Assembly (NCBI GenBank): GCA_977016875.1
Contig: CDRNST010000020.1
Location: 3,224,001-3,288,000, forward strand
Length of the DNA stretch: 64,000 nt
Direction of reading: 5' to 3'
Origin: Pavona decussata
Lineage: Eukaryota
Shown: positions 23,492 to 36,845 of the stretch, piece by piece
Layout of the letters: each line of letters opens with the position of its first letter
How positions within the stretch are numbered: position 1 is the stretch's first letter
The notes under the pieces: model-generated
The model's database searches: none
What the model was told of the DNA's origin: nothing
What the model saw: only the letters and a program-made list of their open reading frames with translations
Translations under genes and position numbers: made by a program

Positions 23492-23764
23492 AGGCCGCTT
23501 TAGACAGTACGACTGTTGCTTACGACTGTCGAATGCGATTTCTAGAGCGCGGGCTGCTCGCGTCACGCAAAACATCGCACACAACTCTCGCCATTCAATA
23601 TTGCCTATACTTACGACTGTCGTAGGATTTCCTCAAAACATGTTTTAAAATCCTACGACAGTCGTAAGCGAGTCGCAGGTTTGATTTACACGAAACAATT
23701 CGTGTCGTAGGCCTGTCGTAAGCTTGTTGCATGCGCGACAAAGTCGTACCGTGTAAATCGCCCT
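23492..23764. mobile_element. MITE (Harbinger-like)
   Basis: Imperfect TIRs aggccgctttagacagtacgact / agtcgtaccgtgtaaatcgccct. Copies at 44052-44320 and a left-deleted copy at ~2157-2387. Confidence 0.7.
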
Positions 23765-24911
23765 TTAGAGAACGAGATTACGCTTTGTGCGTGTGAAGTA
23801 CCAATACCTAAAGTAACTATGTAACAATCCAATCAAGAAATTAATAATATTCTATATTAGATCAACTTTGGATGAGATTATGTTTTCTTTTTGAAAATTG
23901 TGTCGATGTGGTCTTAAAACAGCACCTGGAGTCCAGCCAGGAGAATTCGTCTTGTAGAATTTTTGTATTAATTAAGAAGAAAATTAAGGAAGTAATAATT
24001 AAAAAAAAGAAACCTTTTTCATCTGAAAGCCAGAAAAGCTTTAAGCCTCCAAGGTGAACTAAGCAACTGGGTATAAAATTTCTTTGACTTAAATTAATGT
24101 TGTCATCTAATGATTTAACCCGTTATTTGCATTGTTGCAACTCATTAATTTTATGCCTCATTCACGGTCTGGTTGTCCTTAAGTTTTGAAAGAAATACCT
24201 TCTACCGATCATTAAAAGTGTTTGTGATTTCAAAGAACATGGTGTTTATTTCAAATCAGGTGTGAGAGTAAATTTAAATTTCAAATTGCATGACAATGAT
24301 TTGGCTTGACTATCATTCCATAATTATTTTGGGTTACAAACGAGGTCTCGAAAGTCATTTAGAAAGTAAGAGACTGGATACTGTAAAATATGTTCGTATC
24401 TCATTAAAAGCGAACCCCTTGAAAACAAACAAATGCAAATCTTATTAAAAGAACAAAAAGTACGCACAACTTCGAAATCAATTAATTTAAAATATTCGCC
24501 TTTTCTGCCCCTGCTTAAAAATACATTGTCAACCTCGTTTTTTATTAGAAAATGGACTTATTCTTTGCCTATAAAACTTACTGTTGCATTTTTTCTAGCT
24601 GAAAATGATTTTTGACAAAACCGGAACATGTTTTGTTCACTCAGACAGAATCGTAGTTTCCTTAAAGGAAACTTGACATTTCCATTTCTATCTGCTGCCT
24701 GTGCCTCTGATAGTCTTAAACATTGGCAGTACAGAACTATTTGAGAGTTATTAAGGCACGCTTATAAAATGCACGGCAGGAAGTTCAGAAGTGTTATATA
24801 AGCAAGAGATCTAGAATTTGCTCTTCATCTTCATTGACTAACTCAGTCTACCGAGTGGCAAGAGTAAATCATCACTGAGGACGAAAATTGCAGAAACGTG
24901 AATATTTTAAA

Positions 24912-26081
24912 ATGAACTTTACAGCACAAGTGAGTACTGGTTCTTTCCTGTTTTGATTTAAGTTAATTTGTTTTAACAGCGGATTTAATGCTAGCAAATT
25001 TAACTTCTCTACTAATTTCAACCGTAATGTTTATGATACGCCCGCCAGCACTACGCTTAGTTAACAGCAATTAAAGAAAACCTATATCGCTATTGTGGAA
25101 CTTATAAGCAAAGGTCAGAACTACGTACTTAATGACATGTTTTGTGGTTATATCTCTTCTTGGTTCTGGAGTATTTCGATTTCATATAATTTCGAAAAGT
25201 CACCTCCCAGATGAGTAGTTTAGAAAAAAAAACCTTTTGGCGATAGAAAGATTAATTAATCACGCAGGTGGACTGATAGTTAAGAAGCTGAGAAACTGAA
25301 AAATTAACATTTGGGATCCTTTATTCCTGGATCTTTACTAGTCTAGCCTCTAACAATTTCTTCCAACTTACTTACTTAAGCCATTGTAAAATAAAGTAAT
25401 AGTTTATTGGGAATTAATAAAACAAGGCCTTTTTATTACAGGCTGGTGGGACCTCCTCACCACAAAAAATGTTACCAGTTTAGTCAGTCTCAGTTTGGCA
25501 ATATTGCAATCTCTACTTTTAAACTACCTGATAAATTCATTTACACGGCATTGCATCTGTGACAATATTGACAATATACTTTCATAGCTCTCTCGGTGGT
25601 GAATAAAAACAAAAAACTAAACTAAAAAACTGAGCACGTTTGTTTCTTGCAGACAATTTTGTACATAGCTGTCATCTTTACCTGTTCAAGCCTAAGCTGT
25701 ACCAATTGTCTTCCCCTGGAGAAAAAGGACTCCAATCAGCAGTCACCTGACCAACAGACCCACCTTCAAGACGATGCCTTCGAACCAGAGAACATAAAAC
25801 AAGAGAATGAAGTCACAAGTAGTGTGAAAGGATTTCTCGGCGCACCATCTGCGCATAATCGCACTACCAGAGATGTGAATCCCCACTGTGTTGAAAAAAT
25901 TGTTAGAGAATGGGATTCTTGTAGAAAGCGTTACGTTGACAAGTTCTTTTGTTTTCCTTCACACAAGTCCTGTAGTCTAGTGATAGCTCCACCCAAATGT
26001 AGACCAAAGTATGGCTTTCCTCACGCAGATTCCGACAAAACATGTCCAATGCTTCCTATAAACTGTGAGTGTGCTTTGTGA
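24912..26081 (+). CDS. Secreted 8-Cys prepropeptide, paralog A2 (148 aa; join 24912..24929,25653..26081)
   Basis: Exon 1 MNFTAQ|GTGAGT; acceptor ttgcag; mature domain identical to A1. TATATAA at 24795-24801. Confidence 0.9.
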
Positions 26082-29000
26082 GTCTGGGTTTTTTTTTTTT
26101 TTTAACTCAAACAGATGTAGACTGGGACCAGTCATTGTAATTTAATCAAGTGCTAACGGAGAGAAGTTAACCTCGCTCCATATGAGTGTTTTTCCAAGAA
26201 TAATACTTTGTTAAAGATTTAAGCCGGCAATTTAAGGAGAAAAATAAAGTGTTTTGAATTGAGTACTTGTGATGCGATGTATTCATTATGCATTTTAACT
26301 TGTTTTGGCTTTTTTCTAACGTTTTGAGCTTTCTTTCCCACTGTTATTTAAATCAATACCATGCTTACCCTCCCTCCCAATCCTCCTTGACTCTCGGCCG
26401 AACGTAACGTCACCCGTTTAAATGATCGGGAAGATGCGCACAAGGACGAAGCGTGTCGCGCTTACAATCAAAGGTCACGTTCCGACCTGATAATTCAGTA
26501 CTGATTATTTCCCGTTCTATCGTAACTTGGCTTGGACTGTCCGTGTGATTTTGCTATCGTTTCCAGTACTTTGATTTCATTCCTGGCTACCCTTTGGGTT
26601 CACTGTCTTTAGGGGGTGACAAAGGAAACCCTTGCAGATGAAGCCTCCCGGCATAGGAACTCAAAGGAGTACCCCAGAGACAATGACAGGACAGTTTCTC
26701 AACCAATATTAAATTTATCAAATGGGCGCTGCATCAACATGCGTATATTTAATAATTATCAATTTATATACATGAAATCGCCAGAAGTCAGAACTTTATT
26801 TCTCTTGAGTACTGTGTTGTGTGTATGTACTGTGTGCGCTCGTATTTTATTATTATTATTTTTTTTTTTTTGGCTTAGTGCATTTTATATGTTCGCAAAA
26901 TTTTGTTATCTGTTTTGTTACTGCCTAGTTATTTTGCGATATCGAGCAACATTTACGAATCTCTTTATATTTAAACCGAGTATCGGTCTTTCTTTATTTC
27001 CTTTCAGGTCTGCAGTCCGGCAGCTGTACGTCAAAATAGATCTAAATGGCTGATGCTTTCATTTTAATCAAACAGGACACCCAAAGTAAAACTGGTTTTA
27101 GACCAAATGATCAGTACACTTTCTACGAGGCTCAATCAGAAACTATAAGCTACATTTATCATCAGTTTTCTCATTCCAGGCAGTTCCTGGACTGCCTTTA
27201 AGTCTTACTGGTATTTTTTATCGAATTAATGGGTATACCTTTTGCTGGAAAATGTTTTATACGGAACAATGCCCTTTACTTAATTTACTTAATCTAATGT
27301 TATCGGAAAACTGTTTTTGTGGGACTGCAGAAGAAGCCAAATTATTCAGACAATTGCGAGGCTTTAAGAGCCAAATTGTTCTCAACTACGGAACAGAAAG
27401 GAAAATTAACACGAAAGACTTTTATCCAAAGAAATGATTCGGTTTGTTGTTCATTTTTATTTATTTATCTATTTCTTCTCATCTTGTTTATTATATTTTG
27501 AAAGCGGAAACTGTACATTGTTCACAACGTAAACCTTCTTATCCTTAACTTAATAGTATATCTACAATTTATCATTGCACTTTAATTTCTAATTGCACTC
27601 AATAAAGTTGACGATCCTAAAAAAATCTTTATTCAGCATTGTTAGCGCCGTTTGTCGCCACAGTTTTGAAAGCAATCAACCTAACGATTACGATTACGTC
27701 TGGTCAGTTGATTTTTTACTCGCTTAAGACCGGCGGAGATTATTAACCAGTGCACGTGCCGCCAATTCAAGATCAACTTAGCAACCTGGTCCACAGATAG
27801 GGATGTACGGATTACATACACAGGACTGAAGAATTTTTCAGGTATCACTCGTACATAAATTCAAGCATTCTTCAAAGGATCTATGGAAAATGTTATGAAT
27901 TAATTAATTGAGGCCAAGCACTATAATCGATTAACCTATATTACTCTTTACTTTTCCCAAATTATAGGACATTGTTTTACTGAATTTTGAAAAGGTTAGG
28001 TAGGCTCTATTTGACTGAGATGCAAGTGAAAAGGCTTGGGCAAACATTTAAATCGTTGTAGGCTAGCTTCTGTGTTGTACATGTACAATGTGTTCAATAA
28101 TTGTTTGATTTTTTAAGAAGCCGATAAAAATCTAAAGAAATATTGTATTTCCTTACTGAATTACCCAGAGGGAAGCCCCAGCATCACTGTATGCTTGAGT
28201 GCTTTGGGGATACATAACATAGACAATATGTAACCTTAATATATTTTTTTTTCACTCCCGCGGACATGCATAAAAACTTGTCGTTTGTATGCTAGTTTTG
28301 TTTCACCTCTTCAGCTTTTAAGTTCTGAAGCATTTTGCGAATTATTATAAACATTAAGCTTATTCAGGAGCCATAAACAGGGATGGAGATCGTCATCACT
28401 TCCGTCCGCCCGACCGTCCGTACACAATCCTACAATGTTAATGCGCCCGTGTCCTAGTGTTCGGCGGGACATTCAACAGAATCTTAACTGAAATCATTTT
28501 TCTTTGACCCGGAGCGACAAAACGTTGGATTTTTCCTCTTGAAGTGGAACGTGTCGCTCACTTAACGTTGTAAAACGAACGAAAAAATCAGCAATGGAAT
28601 AAAAGGACTGGTTATTCTCCAAAGAAGCGAGTATTTTCATATGACTTTGTTGACAAAACCTTGCTGTTTTGCAAGATATATATATATTTTTTTTTTGCAG
28701 TGTTGACACTGCAACTTGGAAGCTTAAAATGCTAACTTTAACTTAGCAAACAAACAAATTATCTTATCGTAGTGTACAAAACAAACAAAACTGACAAGAA
28801 TAGTTACCATTAACGGATGTAATTAAGAGAGAATACAATTTTAATACAGGAGCAAGCTAACAACGATAAAACTTAATGTTAGGCATCAATGAATTGTTCA
28901 CTTGCGCTGTAAAGCTTCCTACCGCTTGAAAATCACAGGAACATAAAAGGGCAAACAGTGGGGTAATTTCTTCCAGTGAATTTCACCTGCTCCTTCCTCC

Positions 29001-29252
29001 CATCAAAAGGACACCGTTATGCTGGGTTTTCGTTTGTTGTAAGAAGAAGTAGCGAAGTGAAAGCACTAATGGTCGCCGTGAGTACAGTGACTGATTTCAG
29101 TTTCTCAGCCAAACAAATATCAATCCGATCCAAGTTTTAGCTTTGACATAAATAATCTTTTACTGTTTCTTGTAAGAAACAGGGAAACGTAACCTTTAGG
29201 AATTTCCTTTCTTGACTAGCTGCAGCACTTGATTTTCATGTTTTTTTTTTTT

Positions 29253-29285
<33 letters not shown>

Positions 29286-31298
29286 TTTGGGTTTTTTTTT
29301 TTTTTTTTGTTACAAAAAACCGGCTTAAAGAGTCAAAACTCCAAAGAACCTCAAAGAACTTGTAAATTTTGAGCCCAAAATAAAGAAACCAACAAAATGT
29401 AGAACTGGCGTGCTCAGCCAATGAGGGGCGAATATTTTCGCCGCGCGAGCAGGAGTAAGGAGTAAGTAATTTTTCCCTCGGTGAAAGGAAAATTAAGAAA
29501 AAATCTTCTCTGTTACATCAAATCGGCATTCAGTAATTTTGCCCTCTGTACCTCTGTACGGTACGAAGAGTCTTAGGTTCGACTCCTGATAGGAGCACTC
29601 GGAATTTCTTTTTCCGAGTTTGATAATACATCATTCTCGTTTGTTCACCAGGCTTAAAATATTACATCACATTTTCTTTCGTTGCGCATATGCCACTCAT
29701 TGACATTCCAATCCGAGCAGTGAGCAGGATGTTTGTCCTATGAACCTAGTTTAATGGCCTTAACTCCCACGAGACTCCTGCAGCTCAGTGGTAGAGCATC
29801 CCAGCTAGTAATCTCTCGGAATTTCTTTTTCCAAGTTTGCCGGCTGTGCCATTACTGAATTATACAACATTCTACATTGTTATTGTTATTGTTGATGAGC
29901 AGTTTCCAGCATATGCACTAAAAATATATATAACCACAGAAAGGATGAGGAACTTGTAAGGTTGAGCAGATAAGCGATAAGCAGATTTCGATAAATGCTA
30001 TGAATGAAATTGGAGCTCCGCTTTTAGGCTTGGCTAAATATATATATATATTAGATTTTGTAGTGAACTCATGAAACTTGATGTCCAAACGTGTTAAAAA
30101 CTATGTCCATGATCAAAGTAACTTGTAACCGGTAAAAAATTTAAGCATTAATTATGAAAAAAGAAAAATTGAAATCTTTTCACACTCAGCTGAAACCAGA
30201 ACTGACTTCAAGCCTCACAGGTGAAGTAAGTAACTTGATATTTAACCTCCTTGAGTTAAATGTAACCACATTGTTTAAATGTCTGAGTTGCCTTGTTGAG
30301 TTCATGGATTTTATTAAAAATTTTGGTTGCAATTGGTCTTTTATTTTGAAACAGTCAAAAGTGTCTAATACTACTTTAATAACCTTTACTGGATATTAAA
30401 ATTGTTTGACTTTTAATGTAATCGTCGGCATTGTATATGTCTGAGTTGCCTTGCCGAACTCATCAATGTTATGAACAATTTCATGGTTGCATGCGCTTTC
30501 ATTTAGGAACATTCAAAAGATGGAAGTATTTGATACTACTTTGAATAACCTGAACTAAACAACTGGATTTTAAAATTCTTTGATTTTAAATGTAAACGCA
30601 TTGGATATGTCTGAGTTGCCTGGCTGGGCTCTTCAATTTTATGTATAAGTCTGGTAGCTCTTTTATTTCGAAACAGTCGAAAGATGAAAGTATTAAATTG
30701 ATACTACTTTAATAACACGAAATAATCTTTTGACAGTGTTTGAAACCTAAATACGATCTAATGTCTAAACACAGTGCTATAAATAAAGGCAACTACCACC
30801 TGAAATGAGCATCTTTTACGTCATAAGCTTGAGTTTCGAACCGTCCCACACGTCCTTTGGGATGTTAGGACCAGGCTCGTTACTGTATAATGTGTTCGTT
30901 TCTCACTGCAAATAGAAAAGTCATTAAATAAAGTACAGAAATTGCGCAACACTTTAAAAATCTTCAAAATCAATTTTAAGCTTTGTATTCTTCATTTACT
31001 GACTTAAATAAATACTTAAATCTTTTAAGTTACATTAGGAATCACGCCAAGTGAATTTTTTGGTCTGCGTTCATTTTAAAATGTAAATTATTTCCCTTTA
31101 CCCCTAACTGCGCCTCTGACAGTCTTAAACACTAATAATGCAGAACTATTTTAGAACAATTAATGCAAAGTAGTAAAATTCTGGAATGGAAGTGTATATA
31201 AGAAGAATTTTCCTCTTTATTTTCATTGAGTGGTCAGAGTGGCCAGAGTAAACTGAATACTTCGTTAAAAACAAGATTTGCAGAAGGAGAATTTCAAA

Positions 31299-32226
31299 AT
31301 GAACTTTAAAGCACAAGTAAGTGGCCTGTAACAGTATGCCAGCATTACAATTCAAAATGCTGTTCTTTTTTTGTTTTTCTTTCTCAGTTAGCGGTGAATT
31401 TACAAACAGATGATTCTCTGGTCTAATTTCCATAGCTTATATTATCTATCTACCGGCTTTTCTCAAGCTTAGAATATTAACAACGTTGAGGAATGTACTG
31501 AAGTAGATCTTTCGATTCTATGTTATCAGTAACAGAAATCTAGACGAATTTCGTAAAGTCACGACATCGTAAACTTATGAACAACCGAAAAAATCGAATC
31601 GCTTAGATAGGAACCTTTTAGTCAAAGAGGAAAAAAACGTTGTTTGTATTTTGCGACTGACCATTTTCGTCAGAAGGCATGAACAAAAACTGCTAGAGCA
31701 AAAGTTAAACTTAGAAAATGTTTATTACTTGCATTACAAAATCATTTCTATGTGTCCTTTGTTTCAACAGGTCATTTTATCTGTAATTGTCGTCTTGAAT
31801 TGTTCAAGCCTGAGTATTGCCAAACCTTTTTCGCTGAAGAATCCTTTAACTCGCAACCAGGCCTTCACACTGCAGTCACGTGAACAAGAGACCGAGCTTG
31901 AAGACGCCGCTTTTCAATCAGACGAGAGCAGAAACCAAGAAAGTGATGTAACAAGAGGCGTGGTTGGATTTTTGAACATGCCATCTGCGCATAATCGAAC
32001 AGCCAGGGCCGCTGGTCGCCCTTTCGTTTTGCAAATTGACCGGAAGTGGGATCATTGTCGAAAAAAGTTTGTCAATAAAGTACTGTGTTTAGGTGAACAC
32101 AAGGCTTGTATTCAAGCGATTCCCAAATACGGTAAACCGCTGTGTCGCACAGTGTTTGGTTTCCGAGAGGCCAAGTACAGTGTAAATTGTACCAGTATAC
32201 CGATAGACTGTCAATGTGCTGCCTAA
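31299..32226 (+). CDS. Secreted prepropeptide, paralog B2, Cys1->Phe variant (157 aa; join 31299..31316,31771..32226)
   Basis: Same structure as B1. TGC->TTC at 32023-32025 leaves 7 Cys in the mature domain. Confidence 0.85.
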
Positions 32227-32482
32227 ATCAGTGAGAAACTTGTGTCAAGTTAACCGCATTTACTGATGTTAAGCTATTAGTGCACAAAATGCAATGAATG
32301 TATGCTTGCATCACTGTAAATGGAGGCAGATTAAGTATTCTCTTCCGTATTGATTTTGTTCAATAGCCGGTCTGTTTTCATGATGCAAAGATGAACGCAA
32401 TTTAGAGTTGATAGAAACGTGCGTGAGTTTCTCTTGTTAAAAAGTAAATCATTTTTTAGTGTTCCTAAATAAGTCAAGTTAA

Positions 32483-32851
32483 AGGGGAAGTACCACGAAA
32501 ATTTGCTGTCATTTCAAAACCCAAAAATGTTTGATTGTCAGCAGAAACAACGAAAAAATTGTCAAGTTTGTTAAAAAATATCACCCCAGTGCAATAAAAC
32601 TGTCGATTAGTGCCTCTGGCCAGAGACAAAGTAGGCCGGTTTGGATTGAAACTTGAAAAATATTAGGCTAATGTTTTTCAAGTTCTCGCATTTTTGTTTC
32701 CAAAATGCACTAGAACAGATCACGAGTTGTTTCTTTCTAGAATTGAGTTGATTTCGTTCCTCTCGTCATTCTAGAATTATTGGCAGGAGATTAAAGGTCT
32801 TATTTCCTCATTTTTAACAAAAGATATCAAAAAACTCATGATACTTTCCCT
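32483..32851. mobile_element. Kolobok-like MITE (unit 2 copy)
   Basis: TTAA TSD; TIRs aggggaagtaccacga / tcatgatactttccct. Confidence 0.75.
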
Positions 32852-34200
32852 TTAAGGAATATCGGAAAAAGTTCTTTCTGTATTTAATCAGACAAATTAG
32901 TGCTTCTCAAATGTGTTTCAGCAAACGGCGGGGAGATTTCATGACTTAAGATGCTATGTAGCGCTATGCCATTCGGATTAATCAAGGGTTTACAACATTT
33001 CCTTATGAGTTAAAACAACTATAAATCTCGGAAGCTGATATGGCAGTTGAAGTTTGGTCTCCTTTCAGCTTCAGTGTAATCAAATTGAGCGCGTTGTTTG
33101 AAATGAAAATAAATAAACGCTCTATATGTGAAAGAAATGCGATGTTATGTTTTAACCCTGGTGAACAAATGATAGATGTATTTTGGTCAGTCAGTGACAC
33201 AGGCCTGGAAATTACCGGCTTTAAGAGCAAAATTTTTCTCAAATACAAAACAGAAAGGAAAATTAACAAGAGAGACTATTATACAAAGAAATGGTTCGGT
33301 TTGATGTTCATTTTTATTTGTTTATCTTTTTACTCTCTTCTTGTATATCATATTTTGAAAATGGAAGCTGTTTCAAAGTACATTGTTCACAATATAAACC
33401 TTCTTATCCCTAACTTAAAAGTAATCTACAATTTATCAATGCACTGTAGTTTATAATTGCACTCAATAAAGTTGATGATCTTAAAAACAAAGTCTTTATT
33501 CAGCGTTGTTATCGCCGTTTGTCGCCCCAGTTTCGAAAGCAATCTACGTAACGATTACGACTACGTCTGGTGAGTTGATTACTTCGCTCAAGACCGGCGG
33601 AGATCATTAAGCAGTGTCTGCGGCCAATTGAAGATCAACTTTGCATACAGCAAAGTGTGTTCGATTCTCAACGGTAAAAACTTGTAACAAACTCATTAAA
33701 AAAGACATAACCCCAACTTTGAAAGTTTTTCTCCTTTTGTCAGTTGACGTAATTTTTTATACCCTAATCATCTGAGCTATTGTTTTTTTTGTTGTTGTTG
33801 TTGTTGTTTTTTTGTTTTTTTGTTTTTTTGTTTTTTTTCAAAATGGTATGGACTGAAATGATATGAAATTAAATTATTTTCTAAGGGCTTCAGTTTTCTT
33901 TTTTTTTTTTTTTTTTTTTTCAATATTTAACATTCTTCATCTTTAAAGCCTACTGTTGTAGTTACTTATGCAGTTTTTTTTTTCTGTAAGATCAGATACC
34001 TTTTATTTCAGTTGTATTATTTTTTACAGCTGAAAAATGATTTTTTAACAAAAACAGAACACGTTTTGTTCAGTGGCAAGACTCGATCGGGTAAAATCGT
34101 GGTTTCTTAAAATATTTCAGTTCCTTTCTGCTACCTGTGCCTCCAACAATCTTAAACAACTATAATTCAGAAACATTGTGCACAGTCAAAATGCGGCCGG

Positions 34201-34428
34201 GGGCCCGTTTCTCGAAAGTCACGGTAATTTACCGGGCCCGATAAGTATGATTTTTCGCCGATTACACAGTGATTACAGACATGGCACTTGGCCAACGTTT
34301 TCATCGAATTGTAAGATTTTAAAATTTAGTATTCAAAGCTACCACAAATTGACTTCTGTTAAAAATGCTTATCACCAATTTCACTTATCGGGCCCGATAA
34401 GTTACCGGGACGTTCGAGAAACGGGCCC
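34201..34428. mobile_element. PIF/Harbinger-like MITE in the C2 promoter
   Basis: TIR gggcccgtttctcgaa / ttcgagaaacgggccc with a 3-bp TSD CGG, confirmed by the empty site in gene E. Confidence 0.85.
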
Positions 34429-34553
34429 CGGGAAAGGAAGCTGAAGAGTGATATATAAGCAGGATTTTTTTTTCATTGAGTAAACCCACTCGACGAGTGG
34501 CCAGAGAAGGTTATCACTAAGGACAAGATTTTCAGAAACTGGTGAATTTCAAA

Positions 34554-35494
34554 ATGAACCTTAATGCTCAAGTGAGTGGTCTGTAACAATATTTCAATAA
34601 TACACGGCAATATAATGCTTTGTTCCTTCTTATTTAATACTAGATTCGCAAACTAATAATTCTCAATAATGTCATTTAATTTAGTTTTTATATTTACCTA
34701 TCTACTAACATTACCTACGGCAAACTTAGAATGCAATGTTGAGGAATTTAGAAGTAAAGCTTCTATTCTATATATGTTAATAAGAAATGAAGGAATTTCT
34801 TAAAACTTTATAACTGACTTAATCAGTTCAGCAATATAATTAAGTAAAACGTTTAACAGCTATAGCACTTATTTCATTTCAGCTCTGTTAGAGTCGTGAT
34901 TCAGTCATGTCTGTCTTCAAAACATCCAAAATGATTTCTGTTGCCCTCTCGATTCATTTTCGTGTCACGATGTCATAAAGTGCGTCTAGAAAAGTATAGA
35001 ACTGCACCTTAGATAAGCAAATCATTATAATTTATGACGCATGAAGACAGAGTGTTGGAAAGAAACAAGAGAGAAACTAAAGTTAAAAAATGATCATTAC
35101 TTGCATTAACTATTTTTAATATAACTTTTGTTTCAACAAGTAATTTTATCTGCAATTGTCGTCTTGAACTGTTCAAGCCTGAGTATTGCCGAACCTTTCA
35201 CTCTGGAGAGTCCATTACTTCGCAGCCAGGCCTTCATGCAGCAGTCACGTGAGCAAGAGACCCAGCACCAAGATGCCACTTTTCAACCAGCGGAAAACAA
35301 AAACCAAGAAAGAGATGACACCAGAGGCTTGGTTGGATTTCTAGACAACCCATCACACTACCAGAGACGATACGATCCCGTGCCTTAGGCCAAACATTAA
35401 ATTTGAGTGGGACGAGTGCCGGGGAATGTTTGTTAGTAAAGACCTGTGTTCTAGTGAACATAAGGCTTGTCTTCAAACGATTCCTAAATACGGC
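34554..35494 (+). pseudogene. Pseudogene C2 (E-type 8-Cys prepropeptide)
   Basis: Exon 1 MNLNAQ at 34554..34571. Acceptor CAG->CAA at 35139. An ~11-nt frameshifting deletion in the SAHNR codons (~35353). Truncated after ...IPKYG by fusion to a MITE. Confidence 0.9.
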
Positions 35495-35931
35495 GACGGC
35501 AAACGAGAACGTCAAAAAAGCAATATGCTTAATTACCAAAACAACAACTCTGCAGGTGACACTTTTTGGTACCTTATTTTCTGTGCCGCCACTGCATGTC
35601 TAGGACGTGACAGGTGGCAGATGGGACGTTTTAGGAAGGACGACGACGAGATTTTCTCTTTCTCTTTCTACACTTGGGTGCAGTCTCCAAGAATTCATCT
35701 CCAGGAAATTTCACCCACANNNNNNNNNNNNNNNNNNNNNNNNNNNNNNNNNNNNNNNNNNNNNNNNNNNNNNNNNNNNNNNNNNNNNNNNNNNNNNNNN
35801 NNNNNNNNNNNNNNNNNNNNNNNNNNNNNNNNNNNNNNNNNNNNNNNNNNNNNNNNNNNNNNNNNNNNNNNNNNNNNNNNNNNTAGTGACGTTTTCGCTG
35901 CCGTCGCCATCGTCGTTGCTAAATTTCCCTA
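35490..35931. mobile_element. MITE with GACGGC-rich TIRs, left end deleted
   Basis: Paralog of 15612-16061. Starts at acggcgacggcaaacgagaac; right TIR intact. Confidence 0.8.
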
Positions 35932-36845
35932 TTACTAGGGTTAACGTTCAGCCATTCACTTTAATTTAGCACTTTAATATACACTGCAGAGTTAATTTTC
36001 TGATTCATAATTGGTGTCCTTAGTGCTAGTGGCGCAACAGTCCGAGTGAAGGCGTAAGGGAAGTCTGAGTTTCTGCAAAGATTCTCTCTGTAGTACAACA
36101 GTTGAAGTATGAGCGAGCATTGTTAAGCCTCCTTTATTCTCTCGCTAAAGCTTTATTAAGTTTCATGCAAGAATTTTTAGAAAGGGGTTTTCAGTAATAG
36201 GGTCAGTTTCAAATTATAAAAGAAATTGTGTTTCTGCGTCGGATGGGAAGTATAAACGAATGATTGGTTTTATCAACAAACCGATTTGATAAGATAACTT
36301 CGCCATTATCAAGACATTTGATTGCTGACGTTTTGAACATTAATTAATCCCTCGTCAGAGCGGATCAGTTTTCGGTAGTTTTTTTTTTTATTCGTTATTT
36401 TTTGCCAGTAAAACAACGTTGGGATAAGTTTTCGTGTATCTTCAAAATGCTTCATCATAACCGTGAACGTACACGAATTTCGATGAATTTAATAAAATTG
36501 TCGAAAAAAAGAAAATATAGATTCAGCCTGTTTTATTGTGCAATAAAACTTTATAGAACAAACACGAGATAGTAAAACGACACTGACTTATTGAGATTGC
36601 ATTCATGTTGATCAGTATAGTTGTTCATCGAGGGCCTTCGGTTAGAAGAGAATCATCTACGTCTTTAACGAAAATAAAGCCATCCTCAATCCTCCGAATC
36701 ATGTTTATTTTCAACCAAATTGCCTGCAATATTACAATAGTCCAGCTGTTTTTATTATTCATTTTTGAAAAGTGTATTCACTTTTTTACTATGAAAATAT
36801 ACTGTTATTAAAGAAACAAAAGTTAGCACAATTACATTATTTTTT

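Larger units (their letters stand above)
5972..27153. repeat. Tandem segmental duplication, full unit 1 (B1-C1-D1-A2)
   Basis: Collinear high identity with 27154-48630, apart from unit-specific indels and TE insertions. Confidence 0.9.
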
